Assembly (NCBI RefSeq): GCF_009914755.1
Contig: NC_060937.1
Length of the DNA: 64,000 bases
Origin: the human T2T-CHM13v2.0 reference genome, Homo sapiens
Strand: one strand, 5' to 3'
In this document: piece after piece, positions 45,297 to 59,541 of the stretch
Layout of the letters: each line of letters begins with the position of its first letter
How positions within the stretch are numbered: the stretch's first letter is position 1
The notes under the pieces: generated by a model
Told to the model about the DNA's origin: nothing
Databases searched by the model: none
The model's input: the letters and a program-made list of their open reading frames with translations, nothing else
Translations under genes and position numbers: made by a program

Positions 45297-48200
45297 GAGG
45301 CCAAGGCAAGAGGATCACTTGAGCTTGGAAATTTGAGGCTGCAGTGAGCTATGATTCCACCACTGCACTCCAGTCTGGGTGACAGAGTGAGACCCTGTCT
45401 CTAAAATAAATCAGTAAATAACATAGAATAAAATTAACAGGATTTCTAAAAGCAGTTATACAAAGGGCGAGAGAAAGAAATCAAATGGCAACATGACAGA
45501 ACTCCATTAGACCACAAACACAGACAGAAGGAAACAAGAAACAAAGAAATTTTAAAACAACCAGGGAACACATAACATTACAACAGGAATAAAATCTCAC
45601 GTATCAATATTAACCTTGGATTTAAATTGATTTAATGCTCCACTTAAAAGATATAGATTGGTGGAATAGATTTAAAAACATAACCGAACTTCATGTTGCT
45701 TACAACAATCTCACATTAACTGTAAGGACACTTGTAGACCAAAAGTAGTGGAAGGGAAAAATATACTCCATGCCAACAGAAACCAAAGGTGAGCAGGAAT
45801 AGCTACACTTTTATCATATAAAACAGACTTTAAATTAAAAAAAGTAAAAAAGACAAAGAATGTCATTATATTATAATAAATGGATTAATTTAGCAACAGG
45901 ATAAAAACAATCCTAAATATATATGCAACCTAAAACTGGAGCACTCAGATTTATACAACAAATATTATTAGAACCACATATAGAGATAGACAGCAATACA
46001 GTCTGAGTGGGGAACTTCAATACTCCACTGACACCACTAGAGAAATTATTGAGACAGAAAATCAAGAAAGAAAATTTGAACTTAAATTGGATTTCAGACC
46101 AAACTGATCTAACCAGTATTTACAGAGCATTCTACCCAGTAACTGAAAGCCATACCTCCTACTCATCAGCACATGGAACATTCTCCAAGATAGACCATAT
46201 GTTAGGCCACAGAATAAGTCTCAATAAATTTTTAAACATCAAAATCATATCAGGTATCTTTTGAAAACACAGTGGAATAAAACTAGAAATCTTAACCAAG
46301 AGAAGCATCAGAAATTATAGAAATATATAGAAATTAACATGCACTGGAATGATCTTTGGGTCAGCAAAGAAGTGAAGATGGAAATTAAAAAAAAAATTTT
46401 GACACAAATGGCAATGGAAATATAGCATACTAAGTCCACTGGAATTTTATGACATTAAATGCCTACATTAAAATAATACAAAGAATAATAAATTAACAAC
46501 CTAACATTGGCCTTAAAAAATTAGAAAACTAACCACAAACCAAATCCAAAGCAGAAAAAAGAAATGACAAAGATCAGAGCAGAACTAAATGAAATAGAAA
46601 CCAAAACAACAATACCTAGGATCAAAAAACCAACAGCTGACTCCTTGAAAAGATGAACATAATTGAGAAAGCCCTAGCTACACTAACCAAAAAAATGAGA
46701 GAAAATTCAAATAATCAAAATCAGAAATAAGAAAGAAAACACTAAAACTGATACCACAGAAATAGAAAGGATCGTCAGAGACTATTTATTATAAACAATG
46801 ATTTGCTCCCATAGTAAAAAACCTAGAGGAAATGGAAAAATTCCTGGAAACATACAACCTCCTAAGATTAAACTAGGAGGAAATAGAAATCCCAAATAAA
46901 CCAATAATGAATTCTGAAACTGAATTACTACTAAAAAACCTCTGAACAAATAAAAGCCCAGGACCAGATGGATTAACAGCCAAAATCTACCAAACATACA
47001 AAAAAGAGCTGGTACCAATCCTCCTGAAACTCTTCCATAAAATTGACGAGGACAGACTTCACACTAACTCATTCTATGAAGCCCATATTAACTTGATACC
47101 AAAACCAGACAAGGACACAACATAAAAAGAGCACTACAGACCGGTATCCATGATAAACAGATATGCAAAAATCCACAACAAAATGCTAGCAGCCTGAATC
47201 CAACAGCACATCAAAAAGATAGTAAGAACATTATGATCCAATGCGTTTTATTCCAGGGATGCAAGGAGGGCTTAAGTTAGGCAAATCAGTCAATGTGATT
47301 CATCACACACAAAATTAAGGACAAAAACCTTTAATCATCTCAATACACGTGGAAAAAGCATTTGATAAAATCCACCATCCTTTCATGATAAAAACTCAAC
47401 AAACTAGGCATAGAAGGAACATATCTCAAAATAATAAAGGCAATATATGATAAACCCACAGCCAACATCATATGGAAGAGGGAAAAAGTTGAAAGCATTC
47501 CTCTGTAAACAGGAACAAGACAAGGATGCCCATTTTCACCTCTCCTGCTACTGCAAGTCCTAGCCAGAGCAATCGGCAAAGAGAAAAGAAATAAAAGGCA
47601 TCCAAATTAAAAAAGAAGAGATCAAATTTTCTCTATTCACTGATAGTATGCTCTTATGCCTAGAAAACCCTAAAGACTCCACAAAAACCTCCTTAGATTT
47701 GATAAATGAATTTAGTAAAGTTTCTGGATCAACACACAAAAATCAGTAGAATTTCTCTACTGCAGCAACCTACAGATTCCACCCAATTCCTATCAAAATC
47801 AGCGTGAGAACTGAATCAAGAAGACAATCCCATTTACAAATAACAACAAAAATAAAACAAAATAAAATACCTAGGAATATATGTAACCAAGGAGGTGAAT
47901 GATCTATACAAGGAAAACTACAAAATATGGTGAGAGAAACTGTTGATGACACAAATAAATGAAAAAACCCATGCTCATGGATTGAAAAAATTGATAGCAT
48001 TAAAACGACCATATTGCCCAAAGCAACCTGCAGATTCCACCCAATTCCTATCAAAATACCAACATGATTTTTCACAGAATTAGAAAAAACTAAAATTCAT
48101 ATGGAACCAACAAAAAGCCACAATAGCCAAAGAAATCCTAAGTAAAAAGAACAAAGAAAAACTGGAAAATAATTAAAATTAGAAAATAATTTAAATTCGA

Positions 48201-48351
48201 CTGTTAAAATTATTACTCTATGTCTAGCTCCTCCTAAATCACTGGATTATAATTAAGAAGTAAAAAATAATTTACCTCGCCCTAAAGTAGGAGTGAAACA
48301 TGAACCAGCAAACTGTCATTGTTTGCACTCAACTTAATTCATGATGTGTTT

Positions 48352-48600
48352 CAATAGGATGGCTGTAGTCAGTAATAACTTAATAATAATAATAATTTAA
48401 TTTTACATTGTAAAATAACTTAAAGAGTGTAATGTGATTGTTTGCAACTGAAAGGATAAATGCTTGAGGGACTGGATACCCCGTATCCATGATGTGCTTA
48501 TTTCTCATTGCATGTCTCAACCAAAACATCTTGTGTACCCCATAAACATATATATCTACTATGTACCCACAAAAAATTAAAAATAAATACATAAATAAAA
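48352..48600 (+). mobile_element. L1MA2/3-like 3' end
   Basis: aaggataaatgcttgagggg...ctatgtacccacaaaaaattaaaaat; ATGATGTGTT on both flanks. Confidence 0.85.
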
Positions 48601-49541
48601 ATTATGATGTGTTAAATCTACCAAAAATGAATTAGTGGATGATTTGTAGCATTGCAAAGTCTTCTTTATCTAAAAAGATTTTACCATATGACACCTTAAA
48701 GACTGAGCCCTACAGTGCATTTAAGCACTTTTTCTAAAGATTATTAACTGGAAAAGAGTAAACTTTAAATTATTCAGAGCTTGAATCAGCACCAATCAGA
48801 AAAAGCAAATTCTTAAATTTTAATTCCAATGATCTATCATAATAAGATAGTGTTATGTATCTAGATACACTCTGTGCTTAAATACAGTTTTAATGTATTA
48901 CAAGGTCCACTAATGACAGTGGATTTTAAAATTAGTAATATTTACTGATTTCCTGCATTGAAATAAGTCACAAAGTTACTGTTTGTATCTTAACACCAAA
49001 GGTCCCAATCTACAAGGCACGATTGGGTTGATTTTATAAGCCCATTTTCTCCCTGAATGTAGACAACGAAGTGAACTAGAGACCAAAAGCCAAAATAAAT
49101 ATTTAATGTTGGCACTAATGATTGGCAATATAAATCTCCAAATTTTGAACTACTGGGAATGAGTACTCCTTTCACATGAATTTAGCTCAGCGGCCATTAC
49201 TGTTCAATTGTTTATCATTTCTCATGCTAAATAGTAAAATGCAACATTCAATGTTACATTCTTTATCATGTAAGGAGGTTATAAAAACGGAAGACCACAT
49301 AAAATTCTAAAAATTGTTTGCCTCTATATCAAGAGTTAAACAATAGCTATGAGATACTATAGATTCTAAGAATATTTTAAAATTTATATATCATTAAAAA
49401 TGCTTTCAAAGCTAAATGTTAAATTATGATCTATTGATTCCAAACAGCTAGTGTGAAAAATAATTTCATTTGGTCTATGTCACGTCATTAGAGCAAAGAA
49501 AACAATATAAAATCAGTACTGAAGTTCAAATTTTTACGTAC

Positions 49542-49615
49542 CTGTGGCTTGTTATTTTCACTTCCTTCAAGCCTTTCTGGCTCTTGCTCTGACGTCACTT
49601 CTAAATCTTGTTCTG
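49542..49615 (-). pseudogene. ANKRD26 exon-16 equivalent, open (CAGCAG acceptor)
   Basis: 74 bp; EQDLEVTSEQEPERLEGSENNKPQ. Confidence 0.92.
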
Positions 49616-49978
49616 CTGACAAATCCACAGTTAGTTAAAATGAACTACTTAGAAGAGTTAGATAAAGGCTAAAGTCATTATAAAAATAGATGGAAAATAA
49701 CACATAGTATTTTATAAATTGAGAGTTTTAAATGAAGCCTAATGTTTAGTGAAATATTTATTTCTTTAAGAAATACTTCCAGTTATCCAAAACTTCAACA
49801 AACCACTCGAGGACACTAGATATCACCAGTGCAAGCCGTACAAAACATCTCAAAGATTTTCTCACCAATGTATCTACCCAACATAAATAAACAAAACCAT
49901 TGGAAATGAAACAAAGTGTAAAATACACTAAGAACATCTATGGTAACACTGTATATACTGTTCTCTACTTCATAATAG

Positions 49979-50324
<346 letters not shown>

Positions 50325-50644
50325 TGATCAATGATTTCCAGAATTACTGTAACCGTTTATACTTTTACCAGTGGACATCCTGCTCTGGATATCTGAAATG
50401 TTTTCCTCTACTATTCTAACCATTTCTTTTTCATCACTCACATTGCTGTGTTAAGTATTCCTTGATTCTTGCTATCTTTCCTCAGATAAACAGATGTCTC
50501 TTTCCTTGGGGCTGCCTTAGTACTGCATTGATTTCTCTAGTATATCTTTATCACCTGAAATGTACATTCTTTCTATGCATGTCTATTATCCCCTTTGTCC
50601 TAAACTGTATGGGACAATCTTTCAAATCATTTTTTCTTCTGTTT

Positions 50645-50838
50645 CATTTTTTTGAGACAGGATCTTGCTCTGTCACCCAGGCTGGAACACAACAGTGCAA
50701 TCTCAGCTAACTACAACCTCTGCCTCCCGGACTCTAGAGATTCTCCCACCTCAGCCTCTGAGTATCTGGGACCACAGGCGTGTGCTGCCATGTTCGGCTA
50801 ATTTTTCTATTTTTTCCAGAAACTGGGTTTCACCGTGT
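50645..50838 (-). mobile_element. Truncated AluJ (right arm)
   Basis: tttttgagacaggatcttgctctgtcacccaggctgg... Confidence 0.85.
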
Positions 50839-51629
50839 AAAAAAGGAAATGAAACTACTGGGTGCAAAAATATTTTATGATTTATTACTATATAGATCTG
50901 ATCGTATACCTGATTAAAGACACTGAATTTAACTGGGACATAAAGTAGAACACATATTAGATGCAGTTATTCAACAGATTATGTGTCCTAGTAAAATTAA
51001 AATGTATTTTCATGTTATTTTTTAAATGACACCACCTTCCTTCAAACCAATATTCCTAGTAAATTGTTACTCATTAAAACAAGGTGATACACTATGTGGA
51101 CACAGCCGAAAAGACACCATCTAGCAAATTCTCAAGGATATCCATTCATACTGGGAAAGTCAATTCTATACTACATAAAGTCACAGAAATTATTAAAAAT
51201 AACTTAATTTAGGGGTTTGGAAGGTGCTTTTTGGGCTACATTTTATATAGTAACAACTGATACAAATTCAGAGCTATGGAAATAAAGCAAAGAAACCACA
51301 TTGTGTTTGAGCAGGCAATCAAACATCTCCCCCCCAGTCCCAAAGTTCTGCATGTAATCCTTGGACTCACATTCAAGTTTATGTTAAATGCTAGCCTAAA
51401 CCAAATTACTCGTCCATCTCATTCTCTTTCTTATTTTTATGTTGCTTTGGTTAAAGGAAGAACATAAATGCCCTGCTGATAGGTCCTCTGTTTGGTTGTA
51501 GCTTGTATAAGGGGGGTGTAAACACAATACACACTTTGCCACAAAATGATTCTTTAAAAGTTACAACTATGGTATTATGAAGCCAAGTACAGCTACACTG
51601 GGACTGAATTCTCTATGCTTCTTTATTAC

Positions 51630-51878
51630 CTTCTTTGCTATCTTTGTTTTCTGGTAGCTGTGACTCACACAGGTCACGGAGAGTGTGATTCCAAAATAGA
51701 AGCGCACCTACAGTGGTCATCTTTTCTTGATCTATTAAGTTCTTCTGCCCCAAGTCTGTGGATCCCAACACAGTGTTGGTCATTGGTGGAGATACAAATG
51801 GACATAGATCACCAACTTTCAAATTCTCAGATCTTTCATGAAGCTCATTACTAAAGGTCAAACTATTAAAATCCAAAG
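51630..51878 (-). pseudogene. 249-bp symmetric exon of CCDC144A type, open
   Basis: LDFNSLTFSNELHERSENLKVGDLCPFVSPPM...NHTLRDLCESQLPENKDSKE; resembles recalled CCDC144A NLKVDDKCPSVSPSM...TLHDLCQSQLPENKESKE. Confidence 0.85.
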
Positions 51879-52900
51879 CTGAAAAAGCTGAAAGTAAAGT
51901 TTTCATTATTAGAATGTAAATCATAATACACTTTGATTAACGTGGAGAAATTCCTTCTAAAACAGAAGCAGTCCCATGTCCTCCACTCCCCCAGAAACAC
52001 ACCACTCCTGCATGGCTTATTGTATTCTACATGTCCCGTACTTGCCATTCACTTGCATAGGTTTTATTAACAATCATCTTTGACATTTTTATTTTTTAGT
52101 GTTACTTACTTTGATTCACTCAGCGATATTATATATTTTGTTTTCCATGAGAGCTTTGTTTATTAATAATAAAGATTCTTCAAGAATATCAACTTTCTTT
52201 TACTAACAAGACTTATGTTTAACCATTAGACACATGATGTGTCATAAGATCATGGGTGCTTAATGGGCCAGAGTTATAATGACTACTGGAATGCATGGCG
52301 GTGCATGCTTATATTTTAAATTATTCAGCTTCAGTTTCTGGTATAGTAAATATCAATAGATACAATCCACTTAAACAAAAGCTCTTTGGAATCTGCCATC
52401 ATTTTTTAATGTTTTTATCTTTTTCTCACCATGAAGAGAGTTTAATTAAATGTAGTACTGTTATAGCATGAAATACTATAGGAAATGTAAACTCAGCTAG
52501 AGCTCCTTCTGAAAATAGCGATGATCTCTTTGGTCAAATCAATGGGTGTGAACAAAACATATCGACTGATCTAAAAAATGTAATGCTGAGTAAGCAAAAG
52601 AAAGCTGCTGAATAATATATATAATGTACAATCATTTATATGATTGAAACTTTAGGACAGAAACACCAATGCTACATATGATTTATGGCCATACACATAC
52701 ACAGTAAAACGTATGAAAACTTCATGACAATGACAAACACCTAATTCAGAGTGTTGGTTACTTCTATGCAATAATTATTAATTGTACAAAAAACCCTAAG
52801 CATATAAAGTTTCAGAATCATTCTTTGAAATGAGTGTGTCTGCCAAATAGCCATGAAAAAAAATGATTACTTTCCTCATTTTTGTAATCCAAGATATTCC

Positions 52901-52902
<2 letters not shown>

Positions 52903-52951
<49 letters not shown>
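52903..52951. repeat. (CA)n microsatellite
   Basis: ~24 CA units with one interruption. Confidence 0.97.
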
Positions 52952-53410
52952 AAATAATCAAAGCATCCGATTTGCTTCAGATCATCAGTCTAACAACACT
53001 AGGATGAAGTAATTAAACTTAGTACAAAATTGACATGTTAGTGAGGAAAGCTTTCCTCTAGGTAAAGATCAGAATTTCAAGAAGCATTCCAAACATGGGA
53101 AAAAAATTGTAGTCTCATAATTCACCTCTGTGAAACCCGAATGAGTATAGGTATTCCCAACTGAGAACTTCAGCGTAGTAATACGTAAAAGAAGATACAT
53201 CTAAGTCAGAGCTTACATTTTAAAAATCTATCTTATGCTTCTAAATATAATGTTTTTCAAACATAGATACCAATGCAAATGTCTGCATTATATATATCAA
53301 ATCTATCCATCAAATTTGAAAAAAGACATAGGAATATGAAGACTGTTAGCATTTAGAATATTTTAATGTGCTCCTTTCCAGAGTTAAATTTGTATTGCAA
53401 AAATTTTTAC

Positions 53411-53483
53411 CTGATGTGCATGCTTGTACATCTTTCATTCCGACCGCCTGGTTCGAAACACACTCTTTGATTTCAACCTTAGG
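53411..53483 (-). pseudogene. ANKRD26 exon-15 equivalent, open
   Basis: 73 bp; PKVEIKECVSNQAVGMKDVQACTS. Confidence 0.9.
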
Positions 53484-53577
53484 CTGAAAGGGTTTTGAGA
53501 CAAAATGATTAGTAAATAATATATGTTTCATATGCTATGTGGTTAATAATTAAAGATAAATATAGAAAAGTTATTAC

Positions 53578-53606
53578 CTTCAAGTGGTGATATTGCTCAA
53601 GAGAAT
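53578..53606 (-). pseudogene. ANKRD26 exon-14 equivalent, open (29 bp)
   Basis: ttctAG|at SLEQYHHLK|GTaat; typical 29+73 bp exon pair of the family. Confidence 0.87.
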
Positions 53607-54200
53607 CTAGAAGGCAAAAGGGATATATAATCAATTATATATAAATATGATAAAGCTAACCATACACTCAGAGTTAGTATCAAGCTGAACCTTAGTGCTT
53701 CACTTTAAAAATAATGAGTTTAGATTTAGGGGTGCGTTTCTTTTGTCAGGACAGCAACATGACAGAAATATCCTGAAGAAAACTAAGAAGATAGGTTGAA
53801 TAAAACATGCAGTTAACATTTCAAAGGCAAGATTCTGATTCAGATATCTGTAACTAAAATAGAAAAGTATGCATACAACCATGTGTACATGCTGAGGAGG
53901 AGAAAAGTGATCTTTAACCAGCAGAGCAAATTGTGACCCTGGGCAGATAAATGTCCAAGCTGATGGTAGAACGCTATAGTGTGTCTTTAATGTGACACAT
54001 CAGAATCATTTATACCATTCTACTACAAGTACCTACTATGTCCTTCAATTGGTCCTAGAATGTAGGAAGCACACAGTTGTCATGACAGTTCATTTGAATG
54101 TTTAATTCATTTCTCATCAGAGAAAGTGTTCTGAAGTGATTACTTTGGATCCACACTTACAGCAAAATAGTTCATAAAAATGTTTATTTTTTTTCCATAC

Positions 54201-54299
54201 CTATTTGGGCTTACTGATAGGTCTACATTTCTTATATCCTCTAGTTTGGCCATCTTAAATTTTTTTATCCACTCATGCAAGAAGGTATATAAAACATTT
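54201..54299 (-). pseudogene. ANKRD26 exon-13 equivalent, premature stop (99 bp, symmetric)
   Basis: MFYIPSCMSG* then shifted FKMAKLEDIRNV; -1 and +1 indels keep the length at 99. Confidence 0.9.
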
Positions 54300-55129
54300 C
54301 TAAAAATAATGTATAAGAAGCTTTCAACATTGAAATATTAATAAAAAATGCATTGCTACACAATTATTAGCTACTCCTGAACTTTTATATACCAAAATGA
54401 GTGTAATATTTATGGAAAATAATGCCTTTTCTATTTGAGGAATAAACTTTGTAATTTTTTTGTTTCTAAACTTAATTTGGGTTGGCATATCATGTCATCC
54501 ATGATAAACTTTTACAAAACAGGCATCCTATTAAAAAAATCGGCTGCTTTAAAGAAAAAGCAGCCAAAGCGCCTACTTTTAACTTCACCTCAGTTGATTA
54601 ACTCATATCAACAAAACATGCATCTTTGATGTCTGATAGTCACAGACAGAAGAAATTAGCTCCTGTGGTTTACCCCCATTCTAGCACTCCCTCCTTCCAG
54701 TAATTCCGGGAACAGCAATCACCTAATCTTCCGTTTGAGTGCCAATATATTGCAGCCATCAGAAGTGAGAGCTCTCAAGTTTCCTTATTATCAACTCCAA
54801 AATTAACTAGCCAACTTCTTTCTTTCCTCCCTCCTCCTCCACTCACAATCCCTCTTCCTTTGCAAAAGTAATCTCTAGATCTGTTGTCCTGATTCTGACC
54901 CTTCTGCCTTCTTTTGATGGACTATTCCCATGACTTCTCTTCTCTTCATTTAGCAGTGGGATCTTCCAGCAATGATTTCTATTTCTTCATCTCTTTCTCC
55001 TTCCCCTGTGGCTAGAAACACGCTCAGAAATAAAAGGAAAATCATGCTTTCCTTTGATCCTGTTATGTCTTGAGTGGTGATCCAAGGGCTCTTCTTCCAG
55101 ATTCCTCTAAATGCACAGCTATACCCTTA

Positions 55130-55275
55130 CTAGTCAGAGTGTGGTCCTAGGACAAGAAGGGTCGGCCATCACCTGAGATCTTATTAGAAATGCAGAATCG
55201 CAGACTTGTGGAATCAGAATCTGCACTACTAACAAGGTCCTCAGCTGATTTGTTAAAATTTGGGAAGCTCTGGTC
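55130..55275. mobile_element. MER5A-like remnant
   Basis: gtgtggtcc...catcacctgagatcttattagaaatgcagaat...gaatcagaatctgca. Confidence 0.75.
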
Positions 55276-56086
55276 TATACTGAGTGTGCTCCCACATTCG
55301 TTAACCTCAACCTGCCCTTTTGGAATCCAGCCTCAAGCTCCACCCTATCACGTCCTCCAAATCTAAGCTGCATTACAAGTCTTAAGGTTACTAACGAACT
55401 TTTTATCAGGCTATAGCTTCCTTGATCTCTCCATAACTAATCCTACCCTCTTCTTTCCAATGCTCTTCTTTTGGCCCCTAAGATACTATCCCATGAAGAA
55501 ACAAGATTTTATAGCACATTAAATTATAGACATGTAATTTATGCATGGCTGACCATACATTACATTCTTCTATCGCAGATGAAACACAGCTCTGCGTGGT
55601 CAGGTACCACCATCCTTAATGCATTCCCAAAAGTAAGGAAAATGGCAAGAGTGGCAACATTTTGCTTGACTTCTCTGACAAGTTTCGGTACTGGAAGCTC
55701 ACTTTATATTCTCCCCAAATAATTATCTTACTCTATCACCCATCATTGCATATATCTGCTTCTTTTTCCTTCATTTACTCGCTGTATTCTCTGCCTTTTT
55801 CACTCTTCATTCCTGCATTTACTCTTTTCTTCTTCCTTATTTTCTGACTTTCCTCAGGTCTTAGACTATCTTGAATTGGAACTAATGATTCAGCTCCTTT
55901 AGTGGCACTCTCAATTAAATCGGTTGCTAATTAATGCCTTACAAAATATACAACATATCACTATTTCACTTCTCTTTTTTTGACTATGCACTTAATACCT
56001 TATTTTCCTTGGCTACTAGAATGTAACAGAGCTCATGTTTTTAAATAAACATTCTGTCACATTTTTAAATAAAATACAGTTCCTAC

Positions 56087-56177
56087 CTTCTTGTTCCTTT
56101 ATTGTACTTTTTCCTCTTTGACCATCAGCTCCAGTTAAGTGACTGTCATATTTCTGTGGAACATTCTCAAAGCTAGT
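56087..56177 (-). pseudogene. ANKRD26 exon-12 equivalent, open
   Basis: 91 bp; TSFENVPQKYDSHLTGADGQRGKSTIKEQE. Confidence 0.88.
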
Positions 56178-58756
56178 CTGTTGAAATTATAATGAATAAT
56201 GAGTTTCAATGAAAAAACAATGAATTTCTCAATATTTCCTAATCATGTTCTGAATTTCCTGATTTAAAAGCAATGAGACCTAGAAATAAGGAAAGCATGT
56301 ATTGAAAACCAAAATATTTCAATAGAGAAACTCATATATGCTCTCCAGATCAAGCAAAACTTTTATCTCCATATGGCTATTGACTCTGTAAACTGAACAT
56401 AGAAAGCCAAAGGAAACACTGTGACAGACACAATATTAGCTCATGTGTATATTTCAGCGAGGAACTAACTTCAAATACCTAACTCTACTTTGTGTTCACT
56501 ACCAACAATAAGAGGGCATTAAAAAAAACCAACACACTTGGTATAATACTTACAACATTCATATTTGAAATATTTCTAACTACATAAATGATCTTAGTGT
56601 TAAAATAAGATACTCGGCATGATAGGTAACTTCAGGGTATGTTACGTTGAGTGTAAGCAGAACATTGTCAAAGCTGCTTTATTTAGGTGAGGAAGGGCTT
56701 GGAAAAATCAAAATATTTTTGGTAAAATTTTTATTGACAGGAAAAATGGCAAAATAGTAAGAAGCCTTTTCTTTATGCCTTGTTTAAATAGAAGCAAGCA
56801 AATATTAGATATAGTATGCAATTATTTCCCAATTAAGAAATAACTTCAAGAAAGTAAAGCAAGAGTTAGTAAAAAGGGAAGGAAAATAACATTTGTTATG
56901 AAGCATCTAAACTGTCCCAGGCCCTTATTTACACATTCTCTTTTCTACACATTCTAATAATACACATGAGGACGAGGATGCTTACCACACTTCCCGCTTT
57001 TTGGATGTCGAGAACAAAATGAAAAACAGATGGGACCCACTGTTCTCTCTGTCCAGAATATCCTCCTTCTAGACTTTCACATGGCTCGCTGCTTCTTGTC
57101 CTCTAGTTGGCAGCTTAAATGTCACACTCAGAAAGATATTCTCTGAGAACAGAATTCTACTCCCATTCCGGGCCCCATCCTAACTATGCACTTCTTCAAT
57201 GTGCCCTAACCTAAAATTCTCTGTTTTCTTTATAGGAAGCACTTATAGTGACTTAGAAGTGTTTGTTCTTTACTTGATTTTCTGCTCCTACTATGCTATC
57301 GTAAGCCTTATCTTCTACATTCAGTGTCTCACTGCCTAGCACACAGTCAGGAGTCAAGAACAGAAATTCCTTCAAGGTCAAAAACAGAATCTCATTGGAA
57401 AGGTCTCAAGTGCCAAATCACTGGATTCCCTTAGGATATTCCCATAGTCTACTGAAACTTAATGTAAACCAAAGTAGAAGTCGACATGCCTGTTCTAACT
57501 TTCCCTTTTTTTTCTCGGCACTGCTGCCATTTCATTGTTCAGGTTTACAAAAAGAATCCTCAATATTTACTAAATCACTGAATCCCACTGTGATCATTTT
57601 GTCCTACACTTGTATACACACTTTACAGTTTACAAAAGGATTTAACATTTCTCCCCAAATTTGTTCATTAGACATACTTAAGAGGTAATATTTATGAGTG
57701 TCATTCTTATAATGTGAATTACAGTAAGGTACATGGAGAAGTACAGATATATATGGAGACTTTAATTCATAGGATAGCCCTAAAAATACTTATTAGAATT
57801 TACAATTTTTTGTAAGTATTTCTGTAATAAAGACTTCAATTTTCTTCCTACAAAATAAGACATTCATTCGGGTAAACATGGTCATCTACCACTATGTGAA
57901 AGCTGGAACATTATTACTACAGAGAGATAAAAGAGAAAAGAAATGTTGCATCAATATTCCACCAGGAGAAAGAATAGGAAATCAAAATTATAAAGAGTAA
58001 TGTACAACCTGAAAAGATATATTTAAAAGAGCATAGGTTGGGGCTAAAAGAAAGTTAAAAAAATTTTCATCTAAAATCCAAATCTGAGCTTACAGTTAGA
58101 GGATATTAGAAAAATACTGTAATCTGCTTTCCTACTGATGACATAGTTCTAATTTATTTCCTTCTTATTTATAACATATTTGCATAACTCATGTGAACTT
58201 ATAACCTAAACATTAATTTAAGCCATATTTTGGAAATGCACTAGATGTTATTATTAGATATCTTCTGCATATTATATTACCTATAACATTCTGTTATATA
58301 GAAATTTACTTGTCCGTTCATTTCTTCATGTTCAAACATGATTAAAACACTTCTTACATGCAAGACTTTAGGTACTTTAGGATACACAAGAATACGTTTT
58401 GTAATATTCAGTAGTTCACAGTAGTGCAGGACCTTTAAAATGATTATTTAAAGAATGAAATACAAAAACTTCTGAAATTTGAAACTTTAAACTGTGATAC
58501 AAAGATGCTCTGTGAATATTTTTTACAACTACAGCGCAAAAAGTGTTTGAGATTAAAGTCTTACCACATGGTTGTTAAAAGTCTCTGCTTCTGGAGCTGG
58601 TTGTTATTGGAGGAAAAACATGTATGCTTCAATTAGATGAAGAGCTTTAAATATACGCTTCATAGAATGGCTTAGGAAATACATGGGAATCTCTTTGTAA
58701 TACAGATTTTGAGACAGAAATTTTAAATTTCTGAATTTCCACATTAAAAGAAAAAC

Positions 58757-58873
58757 TAGAGGTGAGGTCTTCTTATGTTGCCCAGGCTGGTCTGGAACTC
58801 CTGGACTCAAGTGATCCTACTGCCTCAGCCTTCCAAGGAGCTGGGACTACAGGCACGTGCCAGCATGCCCAGC
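58757..58873 (-). mobile_element. FLAM (free left Alu monomer)
   Basis: ~115-bp monomer tatgttgcccaggctggtc...catgcccagc. Confidence 0.85.
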
Positions 58874-59468
58874 TACATGTCCACAATGTTACTGGAGTCT
58901 AATTACAGAACCAAGGACGGAAAGAGAGAAAAAGTTTCCTACTAAAAACTGTGTCATCCCACAATAAGCATCCAAGAAAGTAAAAGGAAACCATATGATA
59001 TGTGCTTTACAGTTTTGGAACTGAAAGACACCGGGGACATTCTATGGTTACTATAATGAGTAATTGAACCCATTAAAAGGTATTCAGGCACAAGGATTAT
59101 AAAGATCACTATAGTATGACTGAAAAGTTCCAGTAAGAATACTTACCAAATAAACCCGGAGCAAATTTCAAGTTTCCTCTACTGTGGGAAAGCTTTTCCA
59201 TGCAGTTTTCCTGTCACTATGTATTTTCCAGTTCATGCCATTTTTCAGCCCCAATTCCTCAAAGTATTTACCACCCTTTCCCATTTTCCAAAGAAAAAAT
59301 GTAAAAGACGTTCAAATAGTCATATTACTATAATATGTTTTTTTCTGACCAACTATTCCCCAAGACCATAAAACAATTATAGATAGACCGCTGCCACAGT
59401 TGAAGAGTAAATACTATGCAAAACTAGATTCAGAGCAAGAAAATTTATTTCACAAAAGAGCACTTTAC

Positions 59469-59541
59469 CTTGGTATCAGAATCAAAGGGTTCGTCATCTA
59501 CTGAAAGCCATGAGTCACCAGAACTCTGTCCACAGGACAGC
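59469..59541 (-). pseudogene. ANKRD26 exon-7 equivalent, open
   Basis: 73 bp; LSCGQSSGDSWLSVDDEPFDSDTK versus recalled ANKRD26 LSGKPGVDDSWPTSDDEDLNFDTK. Confidence 0.87.

Larger units (their letters stand above)
42632..45408 (+). mobile_element. AluJ split by the MST provirus (42632-42816 and 45297-45408)
   Basis: Alu right arm breaks at ggaggc and resumes at gaggccaaggcaagaggatcacttgagc. Confidence 0.88.
42203..48150 (+). mobile_element. Old L1 (ORF1 end and ORF2) interrupted by AluJ and an MST provirus
   Basis: TANFSAEVLQGRRDW...HPRIFSPARKSF (ORF1); GNFNTPL...SAHGTFSKIDHMLGH (endonuclease). Confidence 0.9.
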
